From Patescibacteria group bacterium (GTDB lineage: Bacteria > Patescibacteriota > Patescibacteriia > PEXW01), in the NCBI GenBank assembly GCA_041665345.1, contig JBAYJA010000001.1, positions 521,206-585,205 on the forward strand: DNA of 64,000 nt. Direction: 5' to 3'. Below the pieces are notes generated by a model, which saw only the letters and a list, made by a program, of their open reading frames with translations, was not told where the DNA came from and did no database searches. Within the stretch, counting starts at the first letter, position 1. The number at the start of each line of letters is the position of its first letter. Below are positions 1-9,886 of this stretch, one piece after another. The position numbers and the translations under genes were made by a program.

Positions 1-326
1 CTGGGCACTTCCACGCATCAGTGAAAGCTGTGGAAGCGGTTGACGCAGCCCTTGGGAAATTATCAGCATTGGTGAAGAAGGTGAAAGGCACGTTAGTGAT
101 TACCGCAGACCACGGCAACATTGAAGAACTGAAGAATGTCCGCAGCGGTGAAGTGGATACCGAGCACTCCGCAAATCCAGTTCCTTTCATTGTTGTTGGG
201 TCACACCTGAAGAAAGTGCGTTTGCAGAAAACCGGTCGGTTGGCAGATATTGCGCCAACCATTCTCCACCTCATGAACACCCCGCAACCCGCGGCCATGA
301 CAGGCAAGAGCTTGCTCTGCTCCTAA
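1..326 (+). CDS. gpmI: 2,3-bisphosphoglycerate-independent phosphoglycerate mutase, C-terminal part (5' end outside window)
   Basis: ITADHGNIE, TEHSANPVPF, GRLADIAPTIL, MTGKSLL motifs. Confidence 0.9.
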   Translation, partial: GHFHASVKAVEAVDAALGKLSALVKKVKGTLVITADHGNIEELKNVRSGEVDTEHSANPVPFIVVGSHLKKVRLQKTGRLADIAPTILHLMNTPQPAAMTGKSLLCS

Positions 327-330
327 CGGT

Positions 331-1932
331 ATGCCTGAAACCTTTACTCCAAAAAATCGACCCGTCGTGCTCATCATCCTTGATGGCTGGGGACTAGCTC
401 CGGTCTCGCGCAGCAATCCCTTTAGCATGGCAAAGCTCCCTGCGTACGAATCGTTGTGCACGCATTTTCCCACCATGGCCTTGCAAGCCTCAGGGGAGTC
501 AGTAGGTTTGCCCTGGGGGGAGATGGGGAACTCTGAGGTAGGGCACATCAACCTTGGTTCAGGCAAAATTGTCTACCAAAATTTACCACGGATTAACAAA
601 GCGATTGCCGATGGATCGTTTTTCACCACCGCGGCATTTCAGCAGGCAGTAGCAAATGTAAAGCAGCGAGATTCGCAACTGCACCTGATGGGTTTGGTGA
701 GTTCTGGTGGGGTGCATAGTTTCAATGAGCATTTGTATGCCCTGCTTGAATTTGCCAAACGTGAAGGGGTGGCCAAGGTTTTCGTCCATGCATTTTTGGA
801 TGGACGGGACACCCCACCCAAGAGTGCGGAAAACTTCATTGCGAAATTGCAGCAGCATATCCAAGAGACTGGCGTGGGGGCAATTGCGACGCTTGCGGGC
901 CGGTTCTGGGCCATGGACCGGGACAATCGTTGGGAGCGCATTAGCAAGGCGTACGACGCGCTGGTTCGTGGCAAAGCTGACGTGCAAGGGACGGATCCCT
1001 TAGTCATCATTCAGCAAAGTTACGCGAAGGGAGTGCTGGATGAAGAGTGCGTACCGTCCGTGATCACGGATGCCAGTGGAAAGCCTGTCGCGACCATTCA
1101 GGACGGGGATAGTGTCATCACCTTCAATTTTCGGCCAGACCGGATGCGACAAATAACCAAAGCTTTTACGTTGCCGGGTTTTGAAAAGTTTGACCGAGGG
1201 CCGTACATGCAGAATCTCACGTACGTGACCATGACGGAGTATGATAAAGATTTGCCAGTCACGGTAGCTTTTCCACCGGAGCAAGTTGCCTTTCCTGTAG
1301 CACGTGTCATTGCCGATGCGGGGTTGTCCCAGCTGCACATTGCGGAAACCGAGAAGTACGCGCACGTTACCTACTTCTTCAATGGGGGGCAAGAGCAGGC
1401 GTATCCAAGAGAAGAGCATGTTCTCATTCCCAGTCCACACGTGTCATCCTATGACCAAAAGCCAGCCATGGCTGCGCGGGAAATTACCGAGCGGTTGGAA
1501 AAGGAATTAGCCAAAGCCGCGTATGACTTCTACGTCGTCAATTTTGCCAATGCGGATATGGTCGCCCACACCGGGAACATGCAAGCAACCATTGAAGCCA
1601 TGGAAATTCTGGACGAATGTTTGCAGCGTGTGAGCGAAGCAGTACTTGCGGTGAATGGCGTCGCGTTCATTACTGCAGACCACGGTAACGCTGAAGAATT
1701 GTTGAATTTGCAAACTGGCTCGATTGATAAGGAGCATAGTACCAGCCCAGTGCCATTCATTGCGCTGAGTCAGGCTTGGAAAGACACCTCGCCCTATTTG
1801 CTCCCGGGCGGGACGCAGGTACTGACAAGCGTCCAACCGGTTGGTATACTCTCGGATGTTGCAGTGACGATACTCGAAACCCTTGGGTTGCCTGTGCCAG
1901 AAGAAATGACCGGGAGAAATTTGCTCAGTTAG
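331..1932 (+). CDS. gpmI: 2,3-bisphosphoglycerate-independent phosphoglycerate mutase (second tandem copy)
   Basis: ILDGWG, MGNSEVGH, DGRDT, AETEKYAHVT, NFANADMVAH, ADHGNAE motifs. Confidence 0.97.
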   Translation: MPETFTPKNRPVVLIILDGWGLAPVSRSNPFSMAKLPAYESLCTHFPTMALQASGESVGLPWGEMGNSEVGHINLGSGKIVYQNLPRINKAIADGSFFTTAAFQQAVANVKQRDSQLHLMGLVSSGGVHSFNEHLYALLEFAKREGVAKVFVHAFLDGRDTPPKSAENFIAKLQQHIQETGVGAIATLAGRFWAMDRDNRWERISKAYDALVRGKADVQGTDPLVIIQQSYAKGVLDEECVPSVITDASGKPVATIQDGDSVITFNFRPDRMRQITKAFTLPGFEKFDRGPYMQNLTYVTMTEYDKDLPVTVAFPPEQVAFPVARVIADAGLSQLHIAETEKYAHVTYFFNGGQEQAYPREEHVLIPSPHVSSYDQKPAMAAREITERLEKELAKAAYDFYVVNFANADMVAHTGNMQATIEAMEILDECLQRVSEAVLAVNGVAFITADHGNAEELLNLQTGSIDKEHSTSPVPFIALSQAWKDTSPYLLPGGTQVLTSVQPVGILSDVAVTILETLGLPVPEEMTGRNLLS

Positions 1933-1945
1933 TAACCTCCTCGCC

Positions 1946-3844
1946 ATGATTCACTTCCTCACCCGCAAACTTGAAGGGATCCATCCAGCGCACCACTGGA
2001 CGTTTGGCATTGCCGGACTGGCGTCCATTGCCATTTTGGTCGTGCTCTTCATGGCAAGTCGGCCACCAGTACCATCGCTGACCGGTCTGCGCGAGAATGG
2101 CCTGTACCGCATTGATAGCCCACTGGAACTGGAGTTTGCCTGGCCTGTGGAGCGAAAGCTGGACGTAACGGTTTCACCTGCAGTGCAGCCGCAGATTTCC
2201 TACCACAATTTTCTCCAGCAACGGCATTTAGCCACGGATGCGGTGATAACTCCAGAGCATACCTGGCTACCAAACACCACGTACACGGTTGAAGTGAAAA
2301 ATGTCCGGCGGATGCTCTGGCCTTTTGGTGGACCAAAAACTTTCACTTTCACCTTTACTACACAAGCACTCCCAGCAGTCGCTGTGGTGCAGCCAGGATC
2401 GACGCAGGAAATTCCGGCTGATCAGCAGTGGGATGTGGTGCTGGACAGAGCAATTGATCGAGCGGCAACTTTTGAGGTGCAAACCGAGCCTGCGGGCGCA
2501 TTGACCGTCACCGCGCAAGCAGATCAACGTACCTTACACGTTCAACCGCAGCAACTGTTGACGCAGGGGCAACCGGTAACCTTGGTGGTGTCGCGAACGC
2601 CGCAGCAGTTCATTTTTGATTCTGACGTTGTGGCCAGCCAAGGCGAGCCTGAGGAAATCCATCGGTCGACGTATACCGTGCGTCAGCCACCTGGCCTTTC
2701 CGCCGTGCAACCACAAGGAGCTGGAGTAGCGCTCGCCTCGCCCGTACGGTTAACCTTTTCTGAGCCAGTTGCAGTTGCGGATGTTGAAAAAAATGTAGCA
2801 ATTGCGCCAAAGGTAACAGGGAACTGGTCGCAAGTTGATGCACAGACCGTGCAGTTTGCCCCAAGTGATCTTGTACAAGCAACAACGTACACCGTCAGTG
2901 TGCCCAAAGGTTTGAAAACCACCACAGGAGGATTTATTCCAGCCGAAGTCGTATCACAGTTCCGCACTATTGAACCAGTTGCAGTGACAGGGGTGAGTCC
3001 AGCACATGGGAGCGGTGGCGTCCGCGTCGGATCCAAGCTGCGCTACACCTTCAATCAAGTAGTGGACCATGCCAGTGCCGAAGCGCATTTCCGCATTACG
3101 CCAAAGGTGGAGGGGACTATGAGCTGGGCAGGGAATGTCTTATCATTTACACCCAAGACTGCATTGACGTTGGGTACAGCGTACAGCGTCACCTTGGGTT
3201 CTGGAATAACCAGCCCAGCGGGTTTGCCGTCAACGCAGGATGCAACGTACACCTTTTCCACCGAATTAGCCGTCACCCGCATTGCCGTGCCCTTCCACCG
3301 TCAGGAACGGAGTCTGAGTTGTGAAGCTGCTACTGCGGTTATGGCCCTGCGCTACTACAAGGTGTCTATTACCGAGAAAGCCATTATTGACGCGGTGGGT
3401 TTTGACCGAACGAAGAAACAGGGGAATGTTTGGGGAAACCCGCATGTAGCTTTTGTGGGAGACATTAATGGCCGGCAACCCAGCACTGGGTACGGTGTGT
3501 ACTGGCAACCTATTGCAAAAGCTATTAGTGCGTACCGGCCAGCACGGTGGTTTACGGGTTGGTCCCTGCGGCAACTGCTTACTGAAGTGGAAGCCGGGCA
3601 TCCAGTGATTGTCTGGGGTACAGCTGGGTCTGGGAAGCGGATTGACTGGAAAACCCCAAGCGGCGGGAACGTGGTGGCCGTGATGGGGGAGCACGTCTTC
3701 GTGGTCATGGGCTACATAGGCTCCATTGATAACCCTCAGGTCATCATCACCCAAGATCCGCTCTCTGGTGAGCACCGGTTTACCAAGGCGTCGTTCCTGT
3801 GGAATTGGGGCGTGTTGGGGAACAGCGGGGTCGTGGTAGAGTGA
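1946..3844 (+). CDS. Membrane-anchored Ig-like (Big_5-type) repeat protein with C-terminal C39-like cysteine peptidase
   Basis: N-terminal TM, repeated 'F(S/N)xPV/xxVD...FxP...TTYTV' Ig modules, C-terminal QERSLSCEAA (Cys) ... EHVFVVMGY (His) ... DP. Confidence 0.8.
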   Translation: MIHFLTRKLEGIHPAHHWTFGIAGLASIAILVVLFMASRPPVPSLTGLRENGLYRIDSPLELEFAWPVERKLDVTVSPAVQPQISYHNFLQQRHLATDAVITPEHTWLPNTTYTVEVKNVRRMLWPFGGPKTFTFTFTTQALPAVAVVQPGSTQEIPADQQWDVVLDRAIDRAATFEVQTEPAGALTVTAQADQRTLHVQPQQLLTQGQPVTLVVSRTPQQFIFDSDVVASQGEPEEIHRSTYTVRQPPGLSAVQPQGAGVALASPVRLTFSEPVAVADVEKNVAIAPKVTGNWSQVDAQTVQFAPSDLVQATTYTVSVPKGLKTTTGGFIPAEVVSQFRTIEPVAVTGVSPAHGSGGVRVGSKLRYTFNQVVDHASAEAHFRITPKVEGTMSWAGNVLSFTPKTALTLGTAYSVTLGSGITSPAGLPSTQDATYTFSTELAVTRIAVPFHRQERSLSCEAATAVMALRYYKVSITEKAIIDAVGFDRTKKQGNVWGNPHVAFVGDINGRQPSTGYGVYWQPIAKAISAYRPARWFTGWSLRQLLTEVEAGHPVIVWGTAGSGKRIDWKTPSGGNVVAVMGEHVFVVMGYIGSIDNPQVIITQDPLSGEHRFTKASFLWNWGVLGNSGVVVE

Positions 3845-3915
3845 AAAAATTGCATAGACGAACTGTATTTATGGCGGTATAGTTTCTGTACCGAAGGATA
3901 TAATTTATACACGAT

Positions 3916-4965
3916 ATGCCAGAATCATCTGAACACTTTCCATACATCCAAGAGGGTCAAGAAGCACGGGAACGTGAGCCCGTTTCGGTTGTTAATGCAT
4001 TTCAGGAACGCGGATTACCATCAAGAGAAGATCAACGCGTTGTAGAGATTACAGGTGAACAATCTGTGGTTGAGCATTTGGAACCGTTGCAAGCGCAGAA
4101 TGCGCCCAATGTACTGTACGGGGTACCCCATGGCGGCGAGCTTGTCCCCAAAGAGCTGCACGACCGAATGACCGAAGAGGGGCGAGAGACATCAGTCATG
4201 ATTGATCTGAATACGCCAGATATTTTTCGAAGTGAAAGAATTCCTTCGGTTGAAACAAAAATTTCACGGTACATTGTTGATCCAAATCGAGCACCAGATT
4301 TTCGTCCAGAGGAAGCTTTTGAACCCGGAAAGGCGCCTGGAAAAATACTTTGGAAAACCGGGGCAAATATGGGTCCAATGTATGAACGTGAGCCGTCCGC
4401 TGATGAAATTCAAGAGTATGCGAAAAAGTTTTACCTACCCTACTATAATCGAATGATGGGAACGGTAGGGACAATGCTTGATCGACGTGCTTCACCCTCT
4501 GAGCGTGTATTGATTCTCGATGGTCATTCATTTCCAGTTGTTGAAGATTTACGAAAGTACTACCAGCATTATGGTATAGACCAACCTGAACTCCTCCCCA
4601 TGTTCATTTTGGGAGACCGTGATGGTGAAGGTTGCGACCCAGACATCATGCAGCGTTTTCGGGTAGGACTTGAACGTGGATTCCAAGAACTCTCCGAGCA
4701 AGATCAGGCGTTACTTCAAACAAGCATGAAAGGCCCATTGGTTAGTCAAAATGAGTTCTTAAAAGGAGTGCATAATATTTCATTTTGGGGTGCGCGTGAG
4801 CAAGGGGCAAACGCAATACAAATTGAAATGAATGAGAGTGCTTATGTTGACAGGCAGGGAAGTAGTTGGGAAAAATTCACTTACAATCCGCAAAAAATCA
4901 CTTTGATGCAGAGAATTATTGAACGTGCATCACTTGAAGTAAATGAGCTCTTGAAGCGGAAGTAA
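3916..4965 (+). CDS. N-formylglutamate amidohydrolase-like protein
   Basis: VPHGG, SRYIVDPNR, YLPYY, LDGHSF, LGDRDG, AIQIEMN motifs of the FGase family. Confidence 0.8.
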   Translation: MPESSEHFPYIQEGQEAREREPVSVVNAFQERGLPSREDQRVVEITGEQSVVEHLEPLQAQNAPNVLYGVPHGGELVPKELHDRMTEEGRETSVMIDLNTPDIFRSERIPSVETKISRYIVDPNRAPDFRPEEAFEPGKAPGKILWKTGANMGPMYEREPSADEIQEYAKKFYLPYYNRMMGTVGTMLDRRASPSERVLILDGHSFPVVEDLRKYYQHYGIDQPELLPMFILGDRDGEGCDPDIMQRFRVGLERGFQELSEQDQALLQTSMKGPLVSQNEFLKGVHNISFWGAREQGANAIQIEMNESAYVDRQGSSWEKFTYNPQKITLMQRIIERASLEVNELLKRK

Positions 4966-4978
4966 TTCAACACTTACT

Positions 4979-5833
4979 ATGTCCGAAACTTTTTTCCAAG
5001 AGTTTGACCAGAAGATCACCGCATTTGCCAGCAAGGGGAAAATTCGGCTTGGCATGGGTTTGGCTTCACCAGATGATGCAATTCTGAACAGCTTAAAGCA
5101 AGTTGAACAGTATGCCCAAATAACTTTGGTTGGACCTGCGTCCATTCAAGGTTTGAAAGATTTCCCAGTGATTGTTGACCCCGAACCAGAAGTCCGCTTA
5201 GCAACACTCCTAGCAAAAGGAGAGTTTGATGCTATTATCCGCGGGACAGTTGATGACTTTAAAACGTACGAAAAATACACCGAGTTGACAGGGGAAAAGT
5301 ACACTTTTGCACCTGCACTTTTGGCGTCACCGAATGGTTTTCATTTTTTCCTCACCTCTGCAAGCAACCCGGAGAATTGGCAAAAAGAAGATCGGCTGCT
5401 GTCGTCATCACAAATTGCTGGTTTTCTTCAATCTTGGGATGTAACTCCGAACCTCGCTGTTTTTTCTGGGGAGCGACATGAAACTTACCCTCGGAAAAAG
5501 CATATTCGTGAAGGGGTGGTTGGAATACTCAATCAAACGTATGAAGATGCTGAGTGGATTGTGAAGGAACTGCAGGCGCAGGGGTTCCAAGCAAAGCACT
5601 GGGCAATAGATTTGAACCCAGCAATTGAAGCGGGCGCAAATATAATTTGTCCGGTCAATGGTATGGTTGGCAACCAAGTATTCCGGGTCCTCCTTTTCTG
5701 TGGTGGGAAAATTCTCTTTGGAACGCGCTTAGGTTTATCAAAACTGTACGAAGATAACAGCAGAACCGAAAAGGATTTTTCCTACCATGTGAAGTGGTTA
5801 GCGGCATTGGTGAATAAGCAAGCATATGCATGA
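4979..5833 (+). CDS. MtxX / methanogenesis marker protein 4-like protein (phosphate acyltransferase-like fold)
   Basis: DAIIRGT, AVFSGER, ICPVNGMVGNQVFRVLLFCGG and EDNSR resemble the MtxX motifs as I recall them (AAVRGT, IIAPDGISGNLIFR, DTSR). Confidence 0.65.
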   Translation: MSETFFQEFDQKITAFASKGKIRLGMGLASPDDAILNSLKQVEQYAQITLVGPASIQGLKDFPVIVDPEPEVRLATLLAKGEFDAIIRGTVDDFKTYEKYTELTGEKYTFAPALLASPNGFHFFLTSASNPENWQKEDRLLSSSQIAGFLQSWDVTPNLAVFSGERHETYPRKKHIREGVVGILNQTYEDAEWIVKELQAQGFQAKHWAIDLNPAIEAGANIICPVNGMVGNQVFRVLLFCGGKILFGTRLGLSKLYEDNSRTEKDFSYHVKWLAALVNKQAYA

Positions 5834-7262
5834 ACGTTTTGCTGATCGTTTTCTACATGCAGGTCAAAATCAGCTTCTCACAAAGCAGGAAGGGAACCTC
5901 TCGCTTCTCAATTTTGCCTGTTTGTTAAAAGGGTGTTCCCCAGCCTATACCCGACGATACTACGGAAAAATGGATTTTGGATCCCTTGCTTTTTTTAGCC
6001 AAAAGAAGCATGGTATTTCTTTTTTCTCATTACAAAAGTATCAAGAAACCACTCGTCGTACGTTCAGTGCATATCATCAACGAAATACGAAAAAAAGCCC
6101 AAATGTACAGGATTTTCAGAAGTTGTGGAGGGTGGTTGATGGTTTATATAGCAAGTTCAATGAACAGCGTATTCGTCAATTAGATGAACAAGCTTTACAG
6201 AAGTGCATTTCCGAAATTTTAGACAAGATTGCCCGTCTTTTGGCGATGACCGTGTATACCGAGTCATTGGATATTCCGCAAATACAAACTTACTTTCGCG
6301 AAAGTGGTGGAAGAGCGAGTATAGAAAATTCTTTCTTGCAAAAAGTTGTGGTACCAACCTTCGCATCATTTTCTCAGCATGCTCACAAGTTACTCCTTAA
6401 AAAATATTCGAATCATGATGCGCAATTTCTCTTCAGTGATTACTTTTCCAGCCCAACCGAGATACAAGCACAAACCCGAGCACATAGTTTCATTCGTCAA
6501 AAAGGTGGTGTACAGGCAATGCGCCAAACACTACGGCAAATGCAAAAAATGACAAAAAAATCAGAGCAGGTTATACGTCATTTTTGGAAGAAGTTACTAC
6601 CGCAGGAGCGTAAAGTTTTCGCTTTTGTCCAAGCGAGTATTGCTTTACGGGATCTCCGAAAAATCCCGTTTAATAAACTGTTGGTGCTTTTAAACACTGC
6701 AACTCGGGAGGTGCTGCAACGAAATAAAATCCCAGCGCAACTATCCCCGTATGTTTTTTATGCTGAGCTTGAGGAAGGGGTGGTTCGTCAACCTTCCTAT
6801 CTAAAAGTTTTACGTAGCCGGGAACGAAGAGGTGTGAACGCCTACTTTTTTCCAAATGCTGTCCATATCCGATCCGGCGCCTATAACCAAGAATTGAAGC
6901 AATTACTACGAGCCGTTGGGTCGAAGGCTCGGTCTACTCAACTGCAAGGGACAACTGCATTCATAGGCGTCGTGGAAGGGAAAGTGCAACGAATTCTGAG
7001 TGAAAAAGATTTTCACCGCTTCCGGAAAGGGAATATATTAGTTACCAGTATGACACGGCCTGAATTTGTCCCCCTACTTAAAAAGTCAATCGCCATCATC
7101 ACTGACGAAGGTGGGGTGACTTGCCATGCCGCAATTATTTCTCGTGAATTACAAATTCCTTGTATTGTGGGAACGCAAATTGCTACAAGGGTGTTGAAAG
7201 ATGGCATGCAGGTGCGAGTGGATGCTAAACATGGTGTTGTGCAGGTGTTGAAAAACAAGTAA
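5826..7262 (+). CDS. PEP-utilising enzyme: ~370-aa unknown N-terminal region plus C-terminal phosphohistidine swivel domain
   Basis: ILVTSMTRPEF...TDEGGVTCHAAIISRELQIPCIVGT. Confidence 0.88.
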   Translation: MHERFADRFLHAGQNQLLTKQEGNLSLLNFACLLKGCSPAYTRRYYGKMDFGSLAFFSQKKHGISFFSLQKYQETTRRTFSAYHQRNTKKSPNVQDFQKLWRVVDGLYSKFNEQRIRQLDEQALQKCISEILDKIARLLAMTVYTESLDIPQIQTYFRESGGRASIENSFLQKVVVPTFASFSQHAHKLLLKKYSNHDAQFLFSDYFSSPTEIQAQTRAHSFIRQKGGVQAMRQTLRQMQKMTKKSEQVIRHFWKKLLPQERKVFAFVQASIALRDLRKIPFNKLLVLLNTATREVLQRNKIPAQLSPYVFYAELEEGVVRQPSYLKVLRSRERRGVNAYFFPNAVHIRSGAYNQELKQLLRAVGSKARSTQLQGTTAFIGVVEGKVQRILSEKDFHRFRKGNILVTSMTRPEFVPLLKKSIAIITDEGGVTCHAAIISRELQIPCIVGTQIATRVLKDGMQVRVDAKHGVVQVLKNK

Positions 7263-7265
7263 TAC

Positions 7266-8210
7266 ATGAATACAATGTATACAAAAGAATTTGCGAAAAT
7301 TAGGAAATCAGATTCTTTCATGGCTGGGGGTAAAGGCGCATCATTAGGAAAAATGACACAAGCGCGGATACCTGTTCCCCCAGGCTTTGTTATTCTTGCC
7401 ACGGCATTTGACAAGTTTATTCTTGAAGGGAGTATTGCAACTATCATTGGATCAACGTTGCGAAAGGTAGATTCCCGACAAACCAAGTCTGTCGTTGTCG
7501 CTTCTAAAGAAATCCGACAGGTCATACGTCGAACCAAAATTCCCAGTGAAATACAGAAAGCCATTCAGCAGCAAGTTTCAAAATTAGGAGCACATTTTTT
7601 AGCAGTACGCTCTTCCGCAACGGCTGAAGATGGGGTTGATGCTTCTTGGGCAGGGGAACTGGAAAGTTACCTTAACGTGACTCCGCAGAATGTTATGGCA
7701 GCAGTTCGGAACTGCTGGTCTTCGCTGTTTACCCCTCGAGCAATTTTTTATCGATTTGAAAAGAAATTCCAGAAGAGAAAAGTATCTGTAGCGGTGGTAG
7801 TGCAAACGATGATTCAATCCGAAGTATCTGGTGTAGCTTTTACCGTACATCCGGTAACCAAAAATCGAAATCATGTGGTCATTGAAGCAGGCTATGGATT
7901 GGGTGAAGCAATTGTGGGTGGAAAAATTACTCCGGATATGTTCGTGGTGCATAAAAAAAGTGGGAACATCATCGAACGTCGCATTAGCGAGCAGCACATG
8001 CAGATTGTCCGTTCAGGAACCGGTACAAAGGAGACAAAAGTACCACGTCAAAAAATTGGTTTGCAAAAACTTTCTGATGCAGTCGTGTTACGTCTAGCAA
8101 AACTTTGTCTGACCATTGAGCAGCATTACAAAAAGCCCCAAGATATTGAGTGGGCTTTTGCAAAAGGAAAACTATGTATAGTGCAAAGCAGGCCAATTAC
8201 TACTTTATGA
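7266..8210 (+). CDS. Stand-alone PEP synthase/PPDK N-terminal ATP-grasp domain
   Basis: GGKGASLG, VPPGF, AVRSSATAED, SGVAFT, GLGEAIVGG, QDIEWA, VQSRPITT; ends with no His or catalytic domain. Confidence 0.92.
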   Translation: MNTMYTKEFAKIRKSDSFMAGGKGASLGKMTQARIPVPPGFVILATAFDKFILEGSIATIIGSTLRKVDSRQTKSVVVASKEIRQVIRRTKIPSEIQKAIQQQVSKLGAHFLAVRSSATAEDGVDASWAGELESYLNVTPQNVMAAVRNCWSSLFTPRAIFYRFEKKFQKRKVSVAVVVQTMIQSEVSGVAFTVHPVTKNRNHVVIEAGYGLGEAIVGGKITPDMFVVHKKSGNIIERRISEQHMQIVRSGTGTKETKVPRQKIGLQKLSDAVVLRLAKLCLTIEQHYKKPQDIEWAFAKGKLCIVQSRPITTL

Positions 8211-8245
8211 TAGAATAAAAGTATCGCAAATAACCAGATTATTGT

Positions 8246-8488
8246 ATGCCCGAAACCCAAGAAGAATTTAAAATCACCAGCGAAAAGCTGGTGGAAAAAG
8301 TGAAGGAACTTATCCACGAAGGGAACATTCGGCGGATCATCATTAAGAACGAGAAAGGGGAGTCAGTCCTGGAAATTCCTGTCACCCTGGGTGCGGTTGG
8401 CTTCTTGCTTGCCCCCTACTTGGCTGCCATTGGCGCTTTAGCGGCGGTGCTGACCAATTGTTCTGTGGTTGTGGTGAAGAAAGCATAA
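8246..8488 (+). CDS. DUF4342-like small protein
   Basis: KVKELIHEGNIRRIIIK...LEIPVT...GALAAVLT. Confidence 0.8.
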   Translation: MPETQEEFKITSEKLVEKVKELIHEGNIRRIIIKNEKGESVLEIPVTLGAVGFLLAPYLAAIGALAAVLTNCSVVVVKKA

Positions 8489-8587
8489 GCTCAACCTGGT
8501 GCGAAAGACAACAGTCTTGACTTTTTACGTAGGAGTTTAATACTATTCTACAGCCTCTCACTATAGGTAATTACTTTTTTCTCACAT

Positions 8588-9877
8588 ATGATGGAAATTT
8601 TTCGAAACATGTTTCGGCGGAAAATGCGAACTGTGCTGACCATCGTTGGTATCACCGTGGGCATTTTTGCGTTTACGGTTATGGGTTCCATGGCACTCCG
8701 TTTCAACAAAATGATTGCCGGGGGGAAGAGCTTCATTACCGGGCAGATTACGCTCATGCCCAAAGGGACGTCATTCACCTCCATGGGCGGTGCCGCGTTT
8801 TTGCCGGTTGATACCCTGCAGCAAATCAGCAAGGTGGAAGGTGTGCAGGCAGTTGCGGCTGGCGTGGAATTAGCTTTGAAGGAACCAGACCCAGATAATC
8901 CAACCGGGGAGTTTAGTTTTGGTCCGCCGCCGACCATTGAAGGTATGGATCTCAACTCTACCTATGAAAATCGGAACTGGAAGACCATGGATATGAAAGC
9001 TGGGCGAATGCTGGCGAAAGGGGACAAGGATAACCAGGTCACTGTCGGCTACACCATTGCTATTGATAAAGGATTGAAGGTTGGTGATGAAACGGAAATT
9101 CGTGGTCGGAAGTTTGAAGTGATTGGGATTATTGATCAAACCCTCACGGGGCCTGACCAGTACGTATTCATGTCCCTCAAGTCTGCACGTGAGCTGCTTG
9201 TGGAATCCAACCCTTTCCTTAAGTCTTTGAAAGAACGCTCAGACGAAGCAGCGAAAATCTCTGATGCAGATTTGGCAAAGTTGCCTGAAGCAACCCGGAA
9301 GCAGGTTTTGGATGCACGCGCGTTCAAGCTAGAAGACGTGACGCAAATGGGTGCTGTTTCCTGGCAGGATGGTCAAGACCCAGATGTGGTGGCGAATCGG
9401 ATCAAGGATCAATTCAAAGATGAAGTCATTGTCCTCTCGCCCATCAAACTTGGGGAGACCATTGATAAAGCCTCAGCGATTTTCAACGCAATTATTCTTG
9501 GGAGCGCGGTCATTGCGTTGATTGTGGGTGGCTTCTCCATTATCAACACCATGGTCATGTCCATTTCTGAGCGGAAGCGGGAAATTGGGATTAAGAAAGC
9601 CATTGGTGCCTCCAACCGTTCCATTGCGTGGGACTACACTTTGGAAGCTGGTGCCATTGGGATTTTGGGTGGGCTCATTGGCATGGGCTTTGGCCTGCTG
9701 GCAATTTTCTTCATCAACGGGCAAACGGCGAAGAGTGGAGCTGAGATCTTCCTGGTTACTCCTGGCTTCATGGTTGGGGTGGTGGTTTTCTCCCTGGTCT
9801 TGGGTTTGGTCGCAGGTCTCTTGCCGGCCGTCCGTGCATCCAAGATGAATGCGGTTGATGCAATTCGTGAACTGTAA
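8588..9877 (+). CDS. ABC transporter permease, MacB/FtsX family
   Basis: RRKMRTVLT, periplasmic domain, SISERKREIGIKKAIGA, PAVRASKMN. Confidence 0.92.
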   Translation: MMEIFRNMFRRKMRTVLTIVGITVGIFAFTVMGSMALRFNKMIAGGKSFITGQITLMPKGTSFTSMGGAAFLPVDTLQQISKVEGVQAVAAGVELALKEPDPDNPTGEFSFGPPPTIEGMDLNSTYENRNWKTMDMKAGRMLAKGDKDNQVTVGYTIAIDKGLKVGDETEIRGRKFEVIGIIDQTLTGPDQYVFMSLKSARELLVESNPFLKSLKERSDEAAKISDADLAKLPEATRKQVLDARAFKLEDVTQMGAVSWQDGQDPDVVANRIKDQFKDEVIVLSPIKLGETIDKASAIFNAIILGSAVIALIVGGFSIINTMVMSISERKREIGIKKAIGASNRSIAWDYTLEAGAIGILGGLIGMGFGLLAIFFINGQTAKSGAEIFLVTPGFMVGVVVFSLVLGLVAGLLPAVRASKMNAVDAIREL

Positions 9878-9886
9878 TTTACCTTT

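Noticed and set aside
5826-8210. Frameshifted ppsA pseudogene
   Set aside because: Domain order is reversed, both ORFs are intact with their own starts, and there is no TIM-barrel remnant
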